Below are positions 1 to 8,727 of a DNA stretch of 36,332 bases, piece by piece (position 1 is the first letter of the stretch; each line of letters starts with the position of its first letter). This stretch comes from Acidobacteriota bacterium (GTDB taxonomy: Bacteria; Acidobacteriota; Polarisedimenticolia; Gp22-AA2): the NCBI GenBank assembly GCA_031394595.1, contig JANNTZ010000304.1, positions 1-36,332 of the forward strand, given 5' to 3'. The position numbers and the translations under genes were made by a program. The notes under the pieces were generated by a model. That model saw only the letters and a program-made list of their open reading frames with translations, did no database searches and had not been told where the DNA came from.

Positions 1-46
1 GCTCGTACGGCCCCGCCGCGTCGCGTGTTTCGTCGTGGTCTGCCAT
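1..46 (-). CDS. 5' end of unknown gene running off window (MADHDETRDAAGPYE...), immediately downstream of the radical SAM gene
   Basis: Minus-strand ATG at 46-44 preceded by GGGAGGGGG 5 nt upstream; starts 14 nt after the rSAM stop (61-63); same orientation; only 15 codons visible. Confidence 0.35.
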   Translation of the reverse strand, partial: MADHDETRDAAGPYE

Positions 47-60
47 GTCCCCCTCCCGGT

Positions 61-1329
61 TCAGGCCGTCTGCCTTGGCGGTTCGATTTGCAGCATCGAC
101 GTCGTCGGTTTTTTGGACCCTGCTCCGCAGCCGGTGGCGCACCCACCAGTGCCGCACCCGCCCCGGCTCTCCTGGGTCCGTGGCAGGATCGCCCCCGGCG
201 GAGTCCATCCCGAGGCGACCCGGTCGGCATGGGCGCGCAGCCGCCCCGCTTCCTGCGGCCGTCCGGACTCCGCTTCGAGAATGGCGGCGCGCCGGTGGGT
301 AATCTCGCAGTACCAGGGGATCCAGCCGTCCGGGCTGCCGGTCTCGAGGGTCGCGGTGGCGGGACAGCGGTCGCACATCGCGCGCAGATCGCACGCGGCG
401 CAGACGTTGGACGGTTCGGCCATCCGTTTCGTCAGTTCAGCCAGCGGCCCGTTCCAACCTTCGAGAAAGTTTCCCCTGCGCAGGTCATAGGCGTTGATCG
501 GGAGGGCCTCGCAGGTCAGCAGGCGCCCCTTGGGATCGACGTGAAAGCTGTTGATCCCGGCGCCGCACGACAGCAGGCGGCCGTTGCGCGGGGCCGGGCG
601 CTCGACGAAGCCCCGGTAGAACTCCAGCCACTCGGCACGCCGGACCGGGTCGTCCAGATCGAAACGGACCGCCCGTTCCGGCGTGGAGCGCACCAGTGTC
701 GGCTGTGGCGATCCGTCCAGACGGCCATGGATCGTCGGGTCGTAGCGGAAGGGGACGCCGAGGGTGGCGGCGTACTCCTGCATGCGTGGGATGTCGTCGG
801 CCAGCGGCTCCATGGCCACCGCCTTGAGAGACAACGGCAGCCGCCGATCGAGAGCCAGTTCGATTCCGCGACGCACCCGCGCGAATCGTCCGGGGAACCC
901 GGTTGTCACCTGGTAGGTGGCGTCCGACAAACCGTAGAGGGTGAATTCCAGGGAGAAGGGCGGCCACTCGGCGAACAGGTCGGCGACCCGCTCGTCGAAC
1001 AACACGCCGTTGCTGAACACGGTGACCAGGAAGCCACGGCGCTTGGCATGGAGGTAGATCTCGGGGAAGTCGTGCCGGGTCAGGACCTCGCCCCCGGTCA
1101 GCAGCAGCCAGAGGCATCCCGCGTCCGCGATCTGGTCGAGGATTCGGGTGATCTCGGGGGTGGTCATTTCGTCCCGCCCGGAGAAATCCGGGATGTAGCA
1201 ATGAATGCAGCGCAGGTTGCACTTGAAGGTCAGCTCGATCGATCCGGACAACGGCAGTCGGGTCCCGGCGGAGGCACGGGCGATGGTGAGACCGAAATCG
1301 CTGTAGGCCTGATCCCGGCAGGCGGTCAT
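61..1329 (-). CDS. radical SAM / SPASM-domain enzyme (PqqE/MftC-like peptide- or cofactor-modifying maturase)
   Basis: CNLRCIHC (CxxxCxxC) cluster about 35 aa from chosen start; C-terminal SPASM Cys motifs (SCGAG...C...CAACDLRAMCDRC...WYC); start taken at MTACRDQ (ATG 1329) because it overlaps the upstream PqqD stop as ATGA; frame stays open to 1668 so N-terminus is uncertain. Confidence 0.85.
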   Translation of the reverse strand: MTACRDQAYSDFGLTIARASAGTRLPLSGSIELTFKCNLRCIHCYIPDFSGRDEMTTPEITRILDQIADAGCLWLLLTGGEVLTRHDFPEIYLHAKRRGFLVTVFSNGVLFDERVADLFAEWPPFSLEFTLYGLSDATYQVTTGFPGRFARVRRGIELALDRRLPLSLKAVAMEPLADDIPRMQEYAATLGVPFRYDPTIHGRLDGSPQPTLVRSTPERAVRFDLDDPVRRAEWLEFYRGFVERPAPRNGRLLSCGAGINSFHVDPKGRLLTCEALPINAYDLRRGNFLEGWNGPLAELTKRMAEPSNVCAACDLRAMCDRCPATATLETGSPDGWIPWYCEITHRRAAILEAESGRPQEAGRLRAHADRVASGWTPPGAILPRTQESRGGCGTGGCATGCGAGSKKPTTSMLQIEPPRQTA

Positions 1330-1634
1330 GACGCCGGTTCCTCCGGGACGGCGAGCCCGGCTGCCTGGAGCGTTTCGAGAAATGCGTTCACGTCGGTTCG
1401 CGCCTGATCGGGGGTGAGGCCGTAGGCCGCGCCGACGGCCGCGGCGAGTTCGTCCGCGGACCGGGCGCCGTCGAGAAGATTGCACACCAGGCTGCCGGCG
1501 GCATTGACCGTGTAGATGAAGTTCATCTGCGCCGCCTCGTGGCGCACCGGGACGAGCAGGTGCTCCCCGGCGATGCGGCGGGAAACGATCGCGGGCGCAA
1601 GCCGCCAGACGGGCGCGCGATGGGCCGTGCTCAT
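1326..1634 (-). CDS. PqqD-family peptide chaperone / RiPP recognition element (stand-alone, 102 aa)
   Basis: About 100 aa; PqqD-like pattern (HLLVP..., NAAGSLVCNLLDGARSADELAAAV, LTPDQARTDVNAFLETLQAAGL); ATGA overlaps with both neighbours. Confidence 0.8.
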   Translation of the reverse strand: MSTAHRAPVWRLAPAIVSRRIAGEHLLVPVRHEAAQMNFIYTVNAAGSLVCNLLDGARSADELAAAVGAAYGLTPDQARTDVNAFLETLQAAGLAVPEEPAS

Positions 1635-2776
1635 CGTCCCCTCCGATCGGCGATCCAGCGGACCGCACCGGCGGTCACCGTGACCGCCCTTGCTGGAAGC
1701 GCCGCCGCCCGGGCGAACCGATGGGCCGGGAGATCGCCGGCCGGCAGGAGCGCGTCCATCAGGAAGCGCGCGCCCGACAGCACTGCGCCGCTGGAACAGG
1801 CCATCAGCAGCTCGCCGGTCCAGGGAAGCGGGGCGAGCCGGCCGACGCGATCCATCAAGGCGCGCTCGAGACGCCCCGCCGGGGCGCCGCGGAAAGGTTC
1901 CGGGATTCCCACCCCCAGCATGGTGGCGGCCTCCAGGGCGCGTGCCAGCACCCGGTCGAGGCGGGCCGCGGCGGCGCGTTCGCGCACTCGCGACCAGTCG
2001 ATCGATCCGCCGTGAATGGCGAGCGCGTGGGCCAGGTCGGCGATCCGCACCAGGCGATCGAATGAATGCTTGACCAGGTGCACCGCGAGCAGGAGAAGTT
2101 CGTCCTCCGGTTCGAGGATCAGCGCCGGCGCGCCGGCCACCCGGCCCGGGGACGCCCGGCGGAACAGGCGCTCCACAGCCACCGGGAAGATCTCGTGTCG
2201 AGTCGGCCGGCGGCGCGCACCCAGCGGATCGGTGTGCAGGTCCACCAGGACGCCACCGCGCCTGAAAAGACCGGGACCGGGGTTCTCAAACCCGAGGCGG
2301 CGCAGCGCCGCTGCCGCCCCCCCTTCGTCCGGGGGCTGCACCAGGAGGTCGTGATCCTCGAATGGGCGGGCGCCAGGATCGGCATAAATCCATTCGGCGT
2401 GGCGGAGACCGCGCATCACCAGGACCGCGATCCCGCTGCGATGGAGATCCTCGAGGACCTCAGCGAGCGCCAGGCCCTGGGCCAGCGTGGCGGCGGCAAG
2501 CCGCTGGTGCCGCCGTTTCAGTGCCGACTGCATCCAGGGGTGGGCGCCTGTCGGTCCCAGGCGGTGGACAGAGCGGTGGGCCAACCCGTCGATCCGGTGC
2601 CATGCAATCCGTTCCAGCAGGTGGGGGATTCGTGTCCCCGGGATCGAGGCGAGGGCCGCCCGCAGCGTCCCTTGTCCGGCGACCGGGCTGGCGAGCAGCC
2701 CGAGGATTCCGGATCGCGGAGTCTGCGATGTCTCGGCAGCCGGGACCGCATCTCTGGATGTCTCCTCCTGGTGCAT
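1631..2776 (-). CDS. uncharacterised nucleotidyltransferase, PF14907 (NTP_transf_5)-like
   Basis: GIAVLVMRGLRHAEWIYADPGARPFEDHDLLVQPPDEGGAAAALRRLGF matches the KG...Y.dp.R...DiDLLV core of PF14907; start placed at ATG 2776 (GGAGAAGG SD 6 nt upstream); frame stays open to ATG 2872 (no SD) so 32 extra N-terminal residues are possible. Confidence 0.7.
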   Translation of the reverse strand: MHQEETSRDAVPAAETSQTPRSGILGLLASPVAGQGTLRAALASIPGTRIPHLLERIAWHRIDGLAHRSVHRLGPTGAHPWMQSALKRRHQRLAAATLAQGLALAEVLEDLHRSGIAVLVMRGLRHAEWIYADPGARPFEDHDLLVQPPDEGGAAAALRRLGFENPGPGLFRRGGVLVDLHTDPLGARRRPTRHEIFPVAVERLFRRASPGRVAGAPALILEPEDELLLLAVHLVKHSFDRLVRIADLAHALAIHGGSIDWSRVRERAAAARLDRVLARALEAATMLGVGIPEPFRGAPAGRLERALMDRVGRLAPLPWTGELLMACSSGAVLSGARFLMDALLPAGDLPAHRFARAAALPARAVTVTAGAVRWIADRRGR

Positions 2777-2980
2777 TACCTTCTCCAGCCTGCGGCGCGC
2801 ACCTCGACGGAGGCGGTCGGCGTCCTCAGGTCGGGGCGGAATATATGTCCCGGTGCCGGGCTCGCAAGTCATCCCCGGCGAACCACTTACGCATTACGAA
2901 TCTGAAATACGGGTCTGCCGGAAGGCTGCTAGAATGAGGGCTCTCCGCCGTCGATCCGTGACGCGGATCGGGATGACCCG
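2777..2980. promoter_or_regulatory. divergent intergenic region between the NTase-PqqD-rSAM operon (-) and leuS (+); candidate extended -10 TGcTAGAAT at 2927-2935 for leuS
   Basis: Only sizeable non-coding gap at the left end; AT-enriched patches (ggaatatatg, tacgaatctgaaatac, tgctagaat); no convincing -35. Confidence 0.35.
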
Positions 2981-5482
2981 ATGACCACCGACTACCGGGA
3001 TTCTTTCGACGAACTGGAACGCAAGTGGCAGGATCGCTGGGAACGGGAGCGGACCTTCGTGGCCCCGCGAAGCCCCGGGTCCCGGCGGTTTTACTGTCTC
3101 GAGATGCTGCCGTACCCCTCGGGCCGCCTGCACATGGGACACGTCCGCAACTATTCCATCGGCGACGCCGTGGCCCGCTTCCGGAGGATGCGTGGCGACA
3201 CCGTCCTGCACCCGATGGGCTGGGACTCCTTTGGTCTGCCGGCCGAGAACGCCGCCATCAAGCATGGCATCCATCCCGAGAGCTGGACCGAGGACAACAT
3301 CGCCCAGATGCGGGTGCAACTGCGACGTCTCGGGCTGTCCTACGACTGGGACCGCGAGATCGCCGCCCACCGCCCCGAGTACTACCGCTGGAACCAGTGG
3401 TTTTTCCTGCGCATGCTGGAGAAGGACCTCGCCTATCGCAGCCGGCGCCGGGTCAACTGGTGCGAATCCTGCCGGACGGTGCTCGCCAATGAGCAGGTGG
3501 AGGCGGGGCGATGCTGGCGCTGCGAATCGGTGGTCGGGACCCGCGAGCTGGAACAGTGGTTCCTGCGCATCACCCGCTATGCGGAGGAATTGAACGCCGA
3601 CCTGGAGACGCTGACAGGCTGGCCGGAGAAGGTCCGGTTGATGCAGCGGAACTGGATCGGGAAGAGCGAGGGGGCCCGGGTCCGTTTCCCGATCGTCGAT
3701 GGGGCCGGCGGCGACTCCGGGGAGTCGATCGAGATTTTCACGACCCGGTTGGACACCATCCACGGGGCCACCTTCTGCGTCGTTGCCCCCGACCATCCGG
3801 CGGTGCGCCACGCGCCCGCGGCCGGGCCGGCGCGATCCGGTCTGGAGGCGTTCCTGCGGCGCGCGGCGGCGCGCGAAGCGGCGCGCCCGGGCACCGCCCC
3901 CGAGGACAAGGACGGAGTGGACACCGGTCTGCGCGCCCGCAATCCCTACAATGGGGAGATCCTGCCGGTCTGGACCGCCAACTTCGTCCTGATGGAGTAC
4001 GGCACCGGCGCCATCATGGCGGTGCCGGCACACGACGATCGCGACTTCGAGTTCGCCACCAAGTACCGCCTGCCGATTTGCCAGGTCATCGTGCCGACCC
4101 GGGACCCGGGTGCAGTGGAACCGGCGGTGGCGGCGTTCGTCGAGGACGGGTGGCTGATCGCGTCCGGAAGGTACGCCGGCCTGTCTTCGGCGGAGGCGCG
4201 GACGGTGATGCTCCGCGATGGGGAGGCGGCGGGCTTCGCGCGTGGCATCGTGCACTACCGCCTGCTCGACTGGGGGATCTCGCGCCAGCGTTACTGGGGC
4301 ACTCCGATCCCGGTCATTTTCTGCGACGCCTGCGGGGTCGTCGCGGTCCCGGATCGCGATCTTCCTGTGCTGCTGCCGCGCGAGGTCCCGCTCACCGGAT
4401 CAGGCGGCTCCCCCCTGGAGCAGTCCGAAGCGTTCGTGCGCTGCGTCTGCCCGCGCTGCGGCGCCCCGGCGCGCCGCGAGACCGACACCATGGACACGTT
4501 CTTCGACTCCTCCTGGTACTTCTACCGCTATGCCGACGCGGCGAATCGGCAGGCGCCGTTCGACTCCACGGTGGCGGAGTCCTGGATGCCGATCGATCTC
4601 TACATCGGCGGTATCACCCACGCCACGATGCACCTGATCTACTGCCGGTTCTTCACCAAGGTCCTGCGCGATCTGGGGCTGGTGAAGTTCGGCGAGCCGG
4701 TCCGCAACCTGCTCTGCCAGGGAATGGTCCTCAAGGGCGGGACCGCGATGTCGAAATCGAAGGGGAACATCGTCGACCCGGATGACATGGTGCGGCGCTA
4801 TGGCGCCGATACGACACGCCTGTTCACGCTGTTCGCCGCTCCACCCGAGAAGGACCTGGAGTGGAACGAGGCCGGTGTCGAGGGATGCTTCCGGTTCCTG
4901 GATCGCGTCTGGCGGTTGTTCACGCCGCGCGCCGCAACCCTGGCGGCCGAACCGGCGCCGGCGCCCGGTGACGGTTCGGGCGACCCCCGCCGCGCCGCTC
5001 TGCGGCGAAAGGTGCACCAGACGATTGCCCGGATCACCGTCGACCTGGATCGCCGGTTGCACCTCAACACGCCGGTCGCGGCGCTGATGGAACTGACCAA
5101 TGCCGTCCAGGATTTCGATCGCGAGGGGCGGCCGGGGGACGGGCCGTTCCTGAAGGAGGCGGGGCAGGTCATGGCGCTCCTCCTGCAGCCGTTCGCTCCT
5201 CACATGTCCGAGGAACTCTGGGCATTGCTGGGCGGCGAAGGCACGGTCTCGGGCCGGCGGTGGCCGGAGGCGGACCCGGTCTGGTTGCATGAGGAGGACG
5301 TTGAGATTGTCGTACAGGTCAACGGCCGGGTTCGTTCCCGTCTGCGGGTGCCGGCCGCGGCGACCGAATCGGAAGTGCTCGCCCTGGCGCGGGCCGATGC
5401 CCATGTGGCCGGCCACCTGGAGGGGAAGTCGATCCGGCGCACCGTGTTCGTCCCCGGACGGCTTCTCAACCTGGTTGTCTGA
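2981..5482 (+). CDS. leuS: leucyl-tRNA synthetase
   Basis: HMGHVRNY (HIGH) and KMSKSKGN (KMSKS) class I motifs; 833 aa; conserved leuS-lptE-holA order. Confidence 0.97.
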   Translation: MTTDYRDSFDELERKWQDRWERERTFVAPRSPGSRRFYCLEMLPYPSGRLHMGHVRNYSIGDAVARFRRMRGDTVLHPMGWDSFGLPAENAAIKHGIHPESWTEDNIAQMRVQLRRLGLSYDWDREIAAHRPEYYRWNQWFFLRMLEKDLAYRSRRRVNWCESCRTVLANEQVEAGRCWRCESVVGTRELEQWFLRITRYAEELNADLETLTGWPEKVRLMQRNWIGKSEGARVRFPIVDGAGGDSGESIEIFTTRLDTIHGATFCVVAPDHPAVRHAPAAGPARSGLEAFLRRAAAREAARPGTAPEDKDGVDTGLRARNPYNGEILPVWTANFVLMEYGTGAIMAVPAHDDRDFEFATKYRLPICQVIVPTRDPGAVEPAVAAFVEDGWLIASGRYAGLSSAEARTVMLRDGEAAGFARGIVHYRLLDWGISRQRYWGTPIPVIFCDACGVVAVPDRDLPVLLPREVPLTGSGGSPLEQSEAFVRCVCPRCGAPARRETDTMDTFFDSSWYFYRYADAANRQAPFDSTVAESWMPIDLYIGGITHATMHLIYCRFFTKVLRDLGLVKFGEPVRNLLCQGMVLKGGTAMSKSKGNIVDPDDMVRRYGADTTRLFTLFAAPPEKDLEWNEAGVEGCFRFLDRVWRLFTPRAATLAAEPAPAPGDGSGDPRRAALRRKVHQTIARITVDLDRRLHLNTPVAALMELTNAVQDFDREGRPGDGPFLKEAGQVMALLLQPFAPHMSEELWALLGGEGTVSGRRWPEADPVWLHEEDVEIVVQVNGRVRSRLRVPAAATESEVLALARADAHVAGHLEGKSIRRTVFVPGRLLNLVV

Positions 5483-5545
5483 GCGGTGGTCCGTCAGGTT
5501 CCGCGCCACACGACCGCCCTTCGGCGCGCTCCCGGCCCGCGTATA

Positions 5546-6133
5546 ATGCGGCTGATGCCGCGCTGCAGCAGAGGGGATCGGGCCGCCCGACCGCGGCGGC
5601 CGAGTCATCGGGCCCCGGCGGGGCGGTCCGCCGTTCTGCTCGGGCTCGTGCTGTTGTCCGCCCCCGCCTGTGGCTACCATCTGGCGGGGCGATCGACGGC
5701 GCTGCCGCCCGGTGTGACCCGTCTCGCGATCCCGACATTCCTGAATCGCACCAACCGGCCGCAGATCGAGCAACGGATCACCGAGCACGTCATCGATGAG
5801 ATGACGACCCGGGGCCGGTTGCGGATCGTGGCGCGCGAGGAGGAGGCCGACGCGGTCCTGCGCGGCGAGATCTTGTCCTACACCGTGGTGCCGGTGATCA
5901 TCAGCAAGGAGGGTCGCGCGCAGCGCTACGAGAGCCGGATCACCGCGCACGTGACCCTGAACCAGGTGCCGACCGACCGGGTGCTCTGGGAGGACAATCA
6001 TTTCCTGTTCAAGGGCCAGTACAACGTGACCGTCACCGAGCAGGGGTTCGTGGACCAGGAGATCGTGGCCATCGACGATGTCGCCACCGATTTTGCCCGC
6101 TCGGTCGTCACCTCAATCCTCGAGGGGTTCTAA
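5546..6133 (+). CDS. lptE: LPS-assembly lipoprotein LptE (RlpB)
   Basis: Signal peptide ending LLSAPAC|GYHLAGR like E. coli LptE TAGCGWHLR; position between leuS and holA; start ambiguous (GTG 5486, ATG 5546 or ATG 5555). Confidence 0.6.
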   Translation: MRLMPRCSRGDRAARPRRPSHRAPAGRSAVLLGLVLLSAPACGYHLAGRSTALPPGVTRLAIPTFLNRTNRPQIEQRITEHVIDEMTTRGRLRIVAREEEADAVLRGEILSYTVVPVIISKEGRAQRYESRITAHVTLNQVPTDRVLWEDNHFLFKGQYNVTVTEQGFVDQEIVAIDDVATDFARSVVTSILEGF

Positions 6134-6137
6134 GGCG

Positions 6138-7160
6138 ATGCCCGCCCTGACCGTCGGCGATCTGGAGCGATCCCTCCGGGACCGGCTGGCAGACCCGGTC
6201 TACCTGCTGGACGGGACGGAGGAGTTCTTCCACCGGGAGGCGCAGCGGCTTCTCGAGGGGGCGGTGATCGGCGCGGGCGCGTCGGCTGTCGACCGTCACC
6301 TGCTGCGCGGCGACGAGATCGATCTCGCCGCGTTAATCGACCTGGCCTCGACCTACCCCATGGGGGGCGGCCGCCGGCTGGTGGCGCTGCGGGACGCCGA
6401 TCGGCTGCGCCCTGGTTCGGTGGACCTCCTGGTTGCCTACCTGAAGGATCCCAACCCGCGCACTTGCCTCGTCTTCAGCGACACCGGCTTCGACCGCCGG
6501 CGGGCCCTGTACCGGGCGCTCGAGCCGCGCGCCACCCGGATCGACTGCGCCCCGATCGACGAGGCCCGGACCGCCCTCTGGATCCGCGAACGGCTGCGGG
6601 CGCGGGGTTACGGCCTGGGCCCGGAACTGGCCGAGGCGATCGCCGCGGGGCTTGCGGGCGCGTCGCTGGCACGCGTTGCGGCCGAGATCGACAAGCTGAT
6701 GAGCGCCATCGGGTCGCCACGACCGGTGGAGGCGGCCGACCTGTCGATTCTGGCTGACGTGCCCCGGGTCGAGGATGCGTTCCGAGTCGCAGCCCAGATC
6801 GTGCGGGGCGAACGGGGCCCCGCCCTGGTGGCCGTGCGCGGCCTGCTGGAGGCGGGGGAGGAGCCGGTGCAGCTTCTCGGCGCCATCGCCTGGTACGCGC
6901 GCAATGCCCTGCGGGCCACGGCGGCGGCCGGACGGCGGATCGCGCCGCGCGAGTTGAACGTGGTTTACGGGATCGATCCCGGCCGGATGGCCCGCTTCCG
7001 ATCGGAGGTCGGGCGAGCCGACGTCGACGACCTGATGGGCCTGGTGCGGCTGTGCGCCCGCGCCGATCGCGAACTCAAGGGACAGGGTGCGAAGGACCCG
7101 GCCCATGCCTTCGAAAGACTGATTCACGCGGCCGCCCGGCGGCCCGGGAGGCCGGCGTGA
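6138..7160 (+). CDS. holA: DNA polymerase III delta subunit
   Basis: Position after lptE; delta-subunit-like N-terminus ([23 protein letters not shown]); ATG 6138 five nt after lptE stop; stop overlaps guaA start. Confidence 0.8.
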   Translation: MPALTVGDLERSLRDRLADPVYLLDGTEEFFHREAQRLLEGAVIGAGASAVDRHLLRGDEIDLAALIDLASTYPMGGGRRLVALRDADRLRPGSVDLLVAYLKDPNPRTCLVFSDTGFDRRRALYRALEPRATRIDCAPIDEARTALWIRERLRARGYGLGPELAEAIAAGLAGASLARVAAEIDKLMSAIGSPRPVEAADLSILADVPRVEDAFRVAAQIVRGERGPALVAVRGLLEAGEEPVQLLGAIAWYARNALRATAAAGRRIAPRELNVVYGIDPGRMARFRSEVGRADVDDLMGLVRLCARADRELKGQGAKDPAHAFERLIHAAARRPGRPA

Positions 7161-8725
7161 GCGCACGGCACGAGACGGTCATCGTCCTGGACTTCGGGTC
7201 GCAGTACAGCCAGCTGATCGCGCGCCGGGTCCGGGAACTGAATGTCTACAGCGAGCTGTGGCCTTACGACACGCCGACGGTGCGTCTGCGTGATCGGCAG
7301 CCACGCGCCATCATCCTCTCGGGGGGGCCGGACTCCGTGGATGGCCCGGGCGCGCCACGGGTCGACCCCGAGGTCTTCCGTCTGGGGGTCCCGGTGCTCG
7401 GGATCTGCTACGGGATGCAGTTGATGGCCCACCAGCTCGGGGGGCACGTGACGCGGGCGCCGCAGCGTGAGTTTGGACCCGCGGATCTCGAAATCCGCCT
7501 TCCCGGCACCCTGTTCGCGGGTCTGCCCTCGCGGCAGAAGGTCTGGATGAGCCACGGGGATGAGATCGAGACGCTGCCCCCGGGGTTCGCGGTGACGGCC
7601 GGCAGCATGAACGCCCGCTGTGCCGCGATGGCCGACGACGTCCGCCATCTGTACGCCATCCAGTTCCACCCGGAAGTCGTCCACACCGCCCACGGTACGG
7701 CCATCCTGAGGAACTTCGTGATCGGCGCGGCCGGCTGCCGCGGCGACTGGCAGATGACCACCTTCCTCGAGGAAGCGGCGGAGTCCATCCGGGCCCAGGT
7801 GGGCACCGGCCGGGTCCTGGTGGGTCTGAGCGGCGGTGTGGACTCGGCGGTCGCGGGGGCAATCGTCGGCCGCGCCCTGCAGCCGTCCCAGGTGCTCTGC
7901 CTGTTCATCGACAACGGACTGTTGCGCCAGGGGGAGGCCGACGAGGTCGTGCGGGTGTTCGGCGAGCGTTACCACCTCGCGGTCCGCAAAGCGGATGCCT
8001 CGGACCGTTTCCTGAAGGCGCTGCGCGGCGTGGCCGATCCGGAGGAGAAACGGCGGGTCATCGGGCGGGTCTTCATCGAGGTCTTCGAGGCCGAGGCCCA
8101 ACGCCTGAAACCGATCGATTTCCTGGTGCAGGGAACGCTCTACCCGGATCTGATCGAATCGACTTCCTTCAAAGGCCCCTCGGCCGTCATCAAGACGCAT
8201 CACAACGTCGGCGGTCTGCCGGAGGGGATGCGACTCAAGCTGGTCGAGCCGTTGCGCGAGCTGTTCAAGGACGAGGTGCGCCGCCTGGGTCTCGACCAGC
8301 TCGGTCTCGACCGGGACATCGTCATGCGTCACCCGTTCCCGGGGCCCGGTCTGGCGGTGCGAATCCTGGGCGAGGTGACGGAGGAGCGTCTCGATCTGTT
8401 GCGTCGGGCCGACGCGATCTACACCGAGGCCCTGACCACGACACCCGGGGCCCGATCCGAAAGGCTCTACGACGAGGTGGCCCAGGCATTCGCCGTGCTG
8501 CTGCCGGTGAAGACCGTCGGGGTCATGGGCGATGGCCGCACCTACGAAAACGTCCTGGCGTTGCGCGCCGTGACCACCGACGACTTCATGACCGCCGACT
8601 GGGCCCGCCTGCCGTATGAATTCCTGGCCAGGGTCAGCGCCCGGATCGTCAACGAGGTCCGGGGCATCAACCGGGTCGTCTACGACATCAGCAGCAAACC
8701 GCCCGCGACGATCGAGTGGGAGTGA
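7157..8725 (+). CDS. guaA: GMP synthase (glutamine-hydrolysing)
   Basis: GATase (VLGICYGMQ), ATP-PPase P-loop (SGGVDSAV), C-terminal GMP-synthase dimerisation region; GTG 7157 overlaps holA TGA (GTGA); GGGAGG SD. Confidence 0.95.
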   Translation: MSARHETVIVLDFGSQYSQLIARRVRELNVYSELWPYDTPTVRLRDRQPRAIILSGGPDSVDGPGAPRVDPEVFRLGVPVLGICYGMQLMAHQLGGHVTRAPQREFGPADLEIRLPGTLFAGLPSRQKVWMSHGDEIETLPPGFAVTAGSMNARCAAMADDVRHLYAIQFHPEVVHTAHGTAILRNFVIGAAGCRGDWQMTTFLEEAAESIRAQVGTGRVLVGLSGGVDSAVAGAIVGRALQPSQVLCLFIDNGLLRQGEADEVVRVFGERYHLAVRKADASDRFLKALRGVADPEEKRRVIGRVFIEVFEAEAQRLKPIDFLVQGTLYPDLIESTSFKGPSAVIKTHHNVGGLPEGMRLKLVEPLRELFKDEVRRLGLDQLGLDRDIVMRHPFPGPGLAVRILGEVTEERLDLLRRADAIYTEALTTTPGARSERLYDEVAQAFAVLLPVKTVGVMGDGRTYENVLALRAVTTDDFMTADWARLPYEFLARVSARIVNEVRGINRVVYDISSKPPATIEWE

Positions 8726-8727
8726 CG

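Noticed and set aside
25-1407. 460-aa + strand ORF (and nested 35..490, 45..302 ORFs) opposite the rSAM gene
   Set aside because: Low-complexity Arg/Pro/Gly-rich translation typical of antisense shadow ORFs in 70% GC DNA. The opposite strand has a clean radical SAM/SPASM match.
2826-2894. 22-aa minus-strand ORF MRKWFAGDDLRARHRDIYSAPT upstream of the NTase gene, considered as a RiPP precursor
   Set aside because: No SD, no Cys/Gly/aromatic core typical of rSAM-modified peptides, and it overlaps the possible long form of the NTase in another frame. Likely spurious.
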